Assembly: GCA_030604065.1 (NCBI GenBank)
Contig: JAUVWO010000001.1
Location: 1 to 41,446 of the forward strand
DNA: 41,446 bases
Direction of reading: 5' to 3'
Origin: Methanomassiliicoccales archaeon
Lineage (GTDB): Archaea > Thermoplasmatota > Thermoplasmata > Methanomassiliicoccales > JAUVWO01
The first letter of the stretch is position 1; each line of letters starts with the position of its first letter. The position numbers and the translations under genes were made by a program. Positions 37,874 through 41,446 of the stretch are shown one piece after another. The notes under the pieces were generated by a model. It did not search any database. It saw only the letters and a program-made list of their open reading frames with translations, and had not been told where the DNA came from.

Positions 37874-38908
37874 ATGGACGATGCCGACCTGACAATCTCC
37901 GTGGTGATCCCCACCAAGGATCGAACAGTGGAGCTGATGGAAACGCTGGCATCCCTTATTGCTCAAAAACATCACCCGCTGGAGGTGATCCTGGTCGATG
38001 ACTCCGTGGCCAATGATGTATGTGCGGTATCCAAGGAGATGGAGCCGTCTTTCAGTGAAGCAGGGATCGAATTCATATTCATCACAGGAGCAGGAAAAAG
38101 CTTGACCCAAGCGAGGAATCAGGGATGGGTGGCGGCCCGGGGCGATATCGTGCTGTTCCTCGATGACGACGTGTCATTGGATCAAGGTTATATCGATGCC
38201 ATACTGGATGCCTTCAGGGACGATGCTGCCGTCCTCGGAGTGCAGGGTTTAATCGTTAATGCACCCTTTTCCAGAAAACAGAATCTCATAAGGAGAATCT
38301 TCGCCCAGTCTCATTATCGTACTGGAAGCTGCATCATGCTACCTTCTTTCAAACCTGTATACCCGCTCGACCCTGAAGGGCGCCTTCCTGCTCAGCATCT
38401 CTCTGGATGCAACCATGCCTATCGGCGACATGTTATGGACGAGGGAGGTTTCGACCAGAATCTGATAAGGTATGGTATGGGCGAGGACATGGACCTATCT
38501 TTCAGGGTATGGAGCCGTCACAAGGGCAGCCTGGTCCTGGAGCCAAAGGCCAGGGTCAGACATATGGTCTCACCATCGGCCAGGCTGCCGGGACCAGCAT
38601 ATGTTCTCATGAGGTCGGCATACCATCGCTATCTTCATGCGAAGAATTTGGGGAACGACGTCCAACATAGGTTGCAGCTTTGGCGATCCCTTTCATTCTA
38701 TCACCTTGAGGCCCTTGCTCGTCTGTGGTCGCAACGACGCGAACTCGATCCAGCCATCGACGCTCTGAGAACGCTCATGTGGGCCGAGGGTGTTTGCTGG
38801 AGATACAGAAGGGAATTGGCATCATGTGATGTCGAGGGCATAAACCGCATCATACTAGATGCCGCCGAGAACGGTATCGGTCGTGTTCAGTGCAGAAGCT
38901 CTAAGTAA
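37874..38908 (+). CDS. Family-2 (GT-A) glycosyltransferase
   Basis: ISVVIPTKDR...ILVDDS...LFLDDD carries the DxD signature. Confidence 0.85.
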   Translation: MDDADLTISVVIPTKDRTVELMETLASLIAQKHHPLEVILVDDSVANDVCAVSKEMEPSFSEAGIEFIFITGAGKSLTQARNQGWVAARGDIVLFLDDDVSLDQGYIDAILDAFRDDAAVLGVQGLIVNAPFSRKQNLIRRIFAQSHYRTGSCIMLPSFKPVYPLDPEGRLPAQHLSGCNHAYRRHVMDEGGFDQNLIRYGMGEDMDLSFRVWSRHKGSLVLEPKARVRHMVSPSARLPGPAYVLMRSAYHRYLHAKNLGNDVQHRLQLWRSLSFYHLEALARLWSQRRELDPAIDALRTLMWAEGVCWRYRRELASCDVEGINRIILDAAENGIGRVQCRSSK

Positions 38909-39975
38909 GCGCGTTCAACGGTGGCCATGTGCGTTTGCCAAGAGAACTCTCTTTCCACAATCTCTCTTGCGTTTATGGCCATGCTCTCTCCTCGCTCTGG
39001 ATGGTCGATAATGTCGATCACTGCCATCGCTACTGCTTTGGCGTCGACGCTGGGCACTATCAGTGCATCAACGCCGTTGCGGAGTGTGCTCGAGATGCCG
39101 CCTACATTTGTGGTCACCACTGGCACCCCTGAAGCCATGGCTTCCATGGTGCCGACCGGCACACCGGCGTCCGAAGTGGAGGTACTGACGTATACGGTCG
39201 CATCGGCCAGCAATGCGGGAATGTCTTCGTGGTCTACCCAACCATGGAGTGATATGCTGTTTGCGAGCCCCTCTCCTTCAATGATCGCTCTCGCTCGCTG
39301 GAAGCACTCGCCATCCCCGGCCATGATCGCCCTCGTTGAGGGTCTATCCCTCATAATCAGGGCCATAGCGTTGATGAACGTGATGGGGTCGTACACCCGG
39401 TCGAAGCCCCTGATATTAATGATGGTATGCATTCTGCCTCCCTGAGATCCGCGATTGTCCCCATGTGGACGGAACTTTTCGGTGTCTACACCGAACACCA
39501 CTCGTATCACTGGAGCATCAAAGGAAAACATCGATCGCATGGCATCCTCGACGTTGGCCCCCTGGCTGGTGATCAGGTCCGCTCGACGCAGCGCAAATGA
39601 CAGCATCCTCCTTTTCATCGCATTTCTGGAATCGATCAGCAGGTCAGACCCATACGCGGAAAGCACAAGGGGACGCATGCCGGAGAGTGATGCCAAGAAT
39701 CCATAATGGGTCACGTAATGCGCATGCACGATGTCTGGTTTCAACCCTCGAAGCGCCGTCCGGACACGTATGGGCGCTAACAGGTCCCGCGGCCCGCCTT
39801 TGGGCACTACTACCAATCTGCAGCCACGCTCCTCGAACCAGGATTCGGTCTTATCGTCAGGAACATCTCCCGGGCGGAGCAGAGTTATGAGGCTGATCCT
39901 GTGCTCTTTGGAGAAATGGGATATCCAACGGCGCATGTGCACGCTGTCCACGTCGCCCAGGTAGCAGATGTGCAT
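38887..39975 (-). CDS. Family-4 (GT-B, group 1) glycosyltransferase
   Basis: The C-terminal sequence STSDAGVPVGTMEAMASGVPVVTTNVGG is EX7E-like. An AGGAGG SD sits upstream of the ATG. It converges with the GT2 gene, overlapping it by 22 nt. Confidence 0.85.
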   Translation of the reverse strand: MHICYLGDVDSVHMRRWISHFSKEHRISLITLLRPGDVPDDKTESWFEERGCRLVVVPKGGPRDLLAPIRVRTALRGLKPDIVHAHYVTHYGFLASLSGMRPLVLSAYGSDLLIDSRNAMKRRMLSFALRRADLITSQGANVEDAMRSMFSFDAPVIRVVFGVDTEKFRPHGDNRGSQGGRMHTIINIRGFDRVYDPITFINAMALIMRDRPSTRAIMAGDGECFQRARAIIEGEGLANSISLHGWVDHEDIPALLADATVYVSTSTSDAGVPVGTMEAMASGVPVVTTNVGGISSTLRNGVDALIVPSVDAKAVAMAVIDIIDHPERGESMAINAREIVEREFSWQTHMATVERAYLELLH

Positions 39976-40415
39976 ATGAGCAATGAATCCTCCTGGTATC
40001 TATTATTGTTTGCCGTCCCTGACGATCGGCTCACCTATTCGCTGGTGGGTCGAACGGTTTGTATATGCGCAGCCACTTGATATTATTGGATGATGATTGG
40101 TAGGGGGTCGGGTGTGGAAGATGTCGTCCGGCCGCGGCCGCAATGTATTATCAACGTCATCAATAGTAACCCTGATCAAGTCTGCATCAGGGCTGTTGGC
40201 CCTCTGGAGGAGGGGGGGCAGAGAGAAGGGCCAAGAGCCGAATGCACTACTGGTCATGTGCAGGTGGCTAATGGTGAGAATGTCCATGCGGTGATGTGGG
40301 TCAGGGACTCCATGACCGATATGGTGATGTCCCCTATGCGCCCATCATGTGCATGCAGGCCCCTGCACGATGATCAAATCAGGGCAGATATCTCCTTGGG
40401 GGCTGAGTCGATCCT

Positions 40416-40661
40416 ATGGCTGATGATTTCGGGGTGAGGCGCCGGTCTAGGCATATCCTGATGATGATAGTGCTGTTCATGATGGTCATTATGTTGGTCA
40501 ACGGGGATATATTCCTTTATCTGCTTATTGTCCTAGCGATCGTTGGGACGATTACTCTGATATACTATATCCATGCCATGCGGACGCCATATGCTCGATT
40601 CTTCGGCGTGACTCTGAACGAGGGCGATATAGATGAACTGTTCAAAAGGGATCAAGACTAG
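40416..40661 (+). CDS. Hypothetical small 2-TM membrane protein
   Basis: This 81-aa protein has two hydrophobic helices followed by an acidic tail. It has no recognisable family and no obvious SD. Confidence 0.3.
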   Translation: MADDFGVRRRSRHILMMIVLFMMVIMLVNGDIFLYLLIVLAIVGTITLIYYIHAMRTPYARFFGVTLNEGDIDELFKRDQD

Positions 40662-40965
40662 CTTTTCAGGTTGTTCAAGGAGATGTGGCGCCCGTTTCCA
40701 GACAACATCGTCTCGAGACGAGGTCTTGCTGACCGCGCACCGGCGAGGTGCGTCTCCAGGCGGTCAAAGCGCATGGAGCCGCCTATCCACGGGGCCGGAA
40801 AAAACATCGTCTACGTCCATGAGACCGCTACATCGCGTATCGAAGCTCGTGAACTTCGTTACACACTAGCCGACAGGGTCGGAGACTCCATCTCAAGATG
40901 AACCATGCGGAAACGATGTTCGGACCACGGTCTGCTTCATAACGTCTGTAGCCCGAGTTTGACAC

Positions 40966-41446
40966 TTAGCGAGAACTGAATACATTTGTTGATGTTTCCT
41001 CGCATTCGGCAAGTGTTTGGGAAAGGTAGAAGGGCGGTCTTTCGGTATGTCTTTCGCCAAACAGAAAACAGGTCGAAAGACCGATTCTCTCATTGTCTTG
41101 GATGTAGATAAGGGCGTCGTCCTCGGCCTGCTGGTTCGGGCAGGGGACATGGAATGACAAGGATTGGGGATGTAAGGCCGACCCAGACACGTCTGAGGGT
41201 CGGCGGGGTCGAGGGGAACGAGAACGTCACGATCCCAGCGTGGACTGGAGGCCGGCCAGATGCACCAACCCGGAAGCGATCAAGGGACGGGTGATGATAT
41301 CATTCCTTGCGCAGTTGGCCGTCTCGTTCATGCGCTTCCGCTGTCCGGAACTGAGGACGAGAAGCGCGGAATTGATGATATCCGACCTGGGCTCGTTCTC
41401 ACTTACGGCCATTTGCAGGAACGGTTCGATCGTCAAGCGGATATAC
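40966..41446 (-). pseudogene. Possible tyrosine-recombinase (integrase)-like gene remnant, interrupted by an in-frame TGA and running off the window
   Basis: One frame is open from the window edge to 40966 except for the TGA at 41227-41229. ALLVLSSGQRKRMNETANCARNDI resembles integrase box I (G-x-R-x-x-E...L...DI). Downstream, VPCP...ALIYIQ...CFLFGER loosely resembles the following strand and helix. The match is weak. Confidence 0.3.
41177..41204. repeat. GC-rich imperfect inverted repeat (hairpin)
   Basis: GCCGACC (41177-41183) pairs with GGTCGGC (41198-41204). The inner CAGAC/GTCTG also pairs, leaving a 2-nt bulge. Confidence 0.6.

Noticed and set aside
40088-40175. A possible box C/D sRNA, with ATGATGA at 40090-40096 and CTGA about 75 nt downstream. 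Similar TGATGA strings occur at 40420-40470.
   Set aside because: The spacing does not fit the archaeal C-12nt-D'/C'-12nt-D architecture. No internal D'/C' boxes occur at the expected positions.
1-41446. I searched for tRNA, rRNA, CRISPR arrays, inteins and intact IS elements.
   Set aside because: The intergenic gaps contain no T-loop-like GGTTCGAATCC-type sequence and no cloverleaf candidates. There is no regularly spaced repeat array. The GTPases, helicase-like gene and synthetases carry no intein-like insertions. There is no transposase-like ORF with terminal inverted repeats.

Overview
By gene content this is a GC-rich archaeal chromosomal segment. Markers include ribosomal proteins L7Ae, S28e, L24e and S6e, aIF5B, aIF2-gamma, a GINS subunit, pantoate kinase and split PurS/L/Q. 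The fused wHTH-riboflavin kinase (RbkR type) and a DUF2099 'methanogenesis marker 8'-like gene suggest a Thermoplasmata or Methanomassiliicoccales-like organism; this is an inference, not verified. About 90% of the window is tightly packed housekeeping genes: ilvB/N/E, rubrerythrin, the L7Ae-S28e-L24e-ndk-infB cluster, S6e-aIF2g-PIN, purSLQ, trmI, proS, prs, coaBC, pantoate kinase, tmk, gcvPA/PB and GINS. Two surface-glycan clusters lie at about 3.0-8.4 kb and 33.0-40.0 kb. I found no tRNA, rRNA, CRISPR array or intact mobile element, and no convincing novel multi-gene system. The observations most worth a second look are: (1) a box C/D-like K-turn motif in the leader of the L7Ae gene; (2) a HerA-type ATPase abutting a DUF357 gene, with no nuclease partner, behind a promoter carrying two AAACGTTT palindromes; (3) a multiply disrupted GT4 glycosyltransferase pseudogene; (4) a lower-GC, poorly coding tail at 39976-41446 with an integrase-like frame broken by an in-frame TGA; (5) an AT-rich 580-bp insert between infB and rps6e holding decayed small membrane ORFs. 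All calls come from reading the translations by eye. No searches were run.
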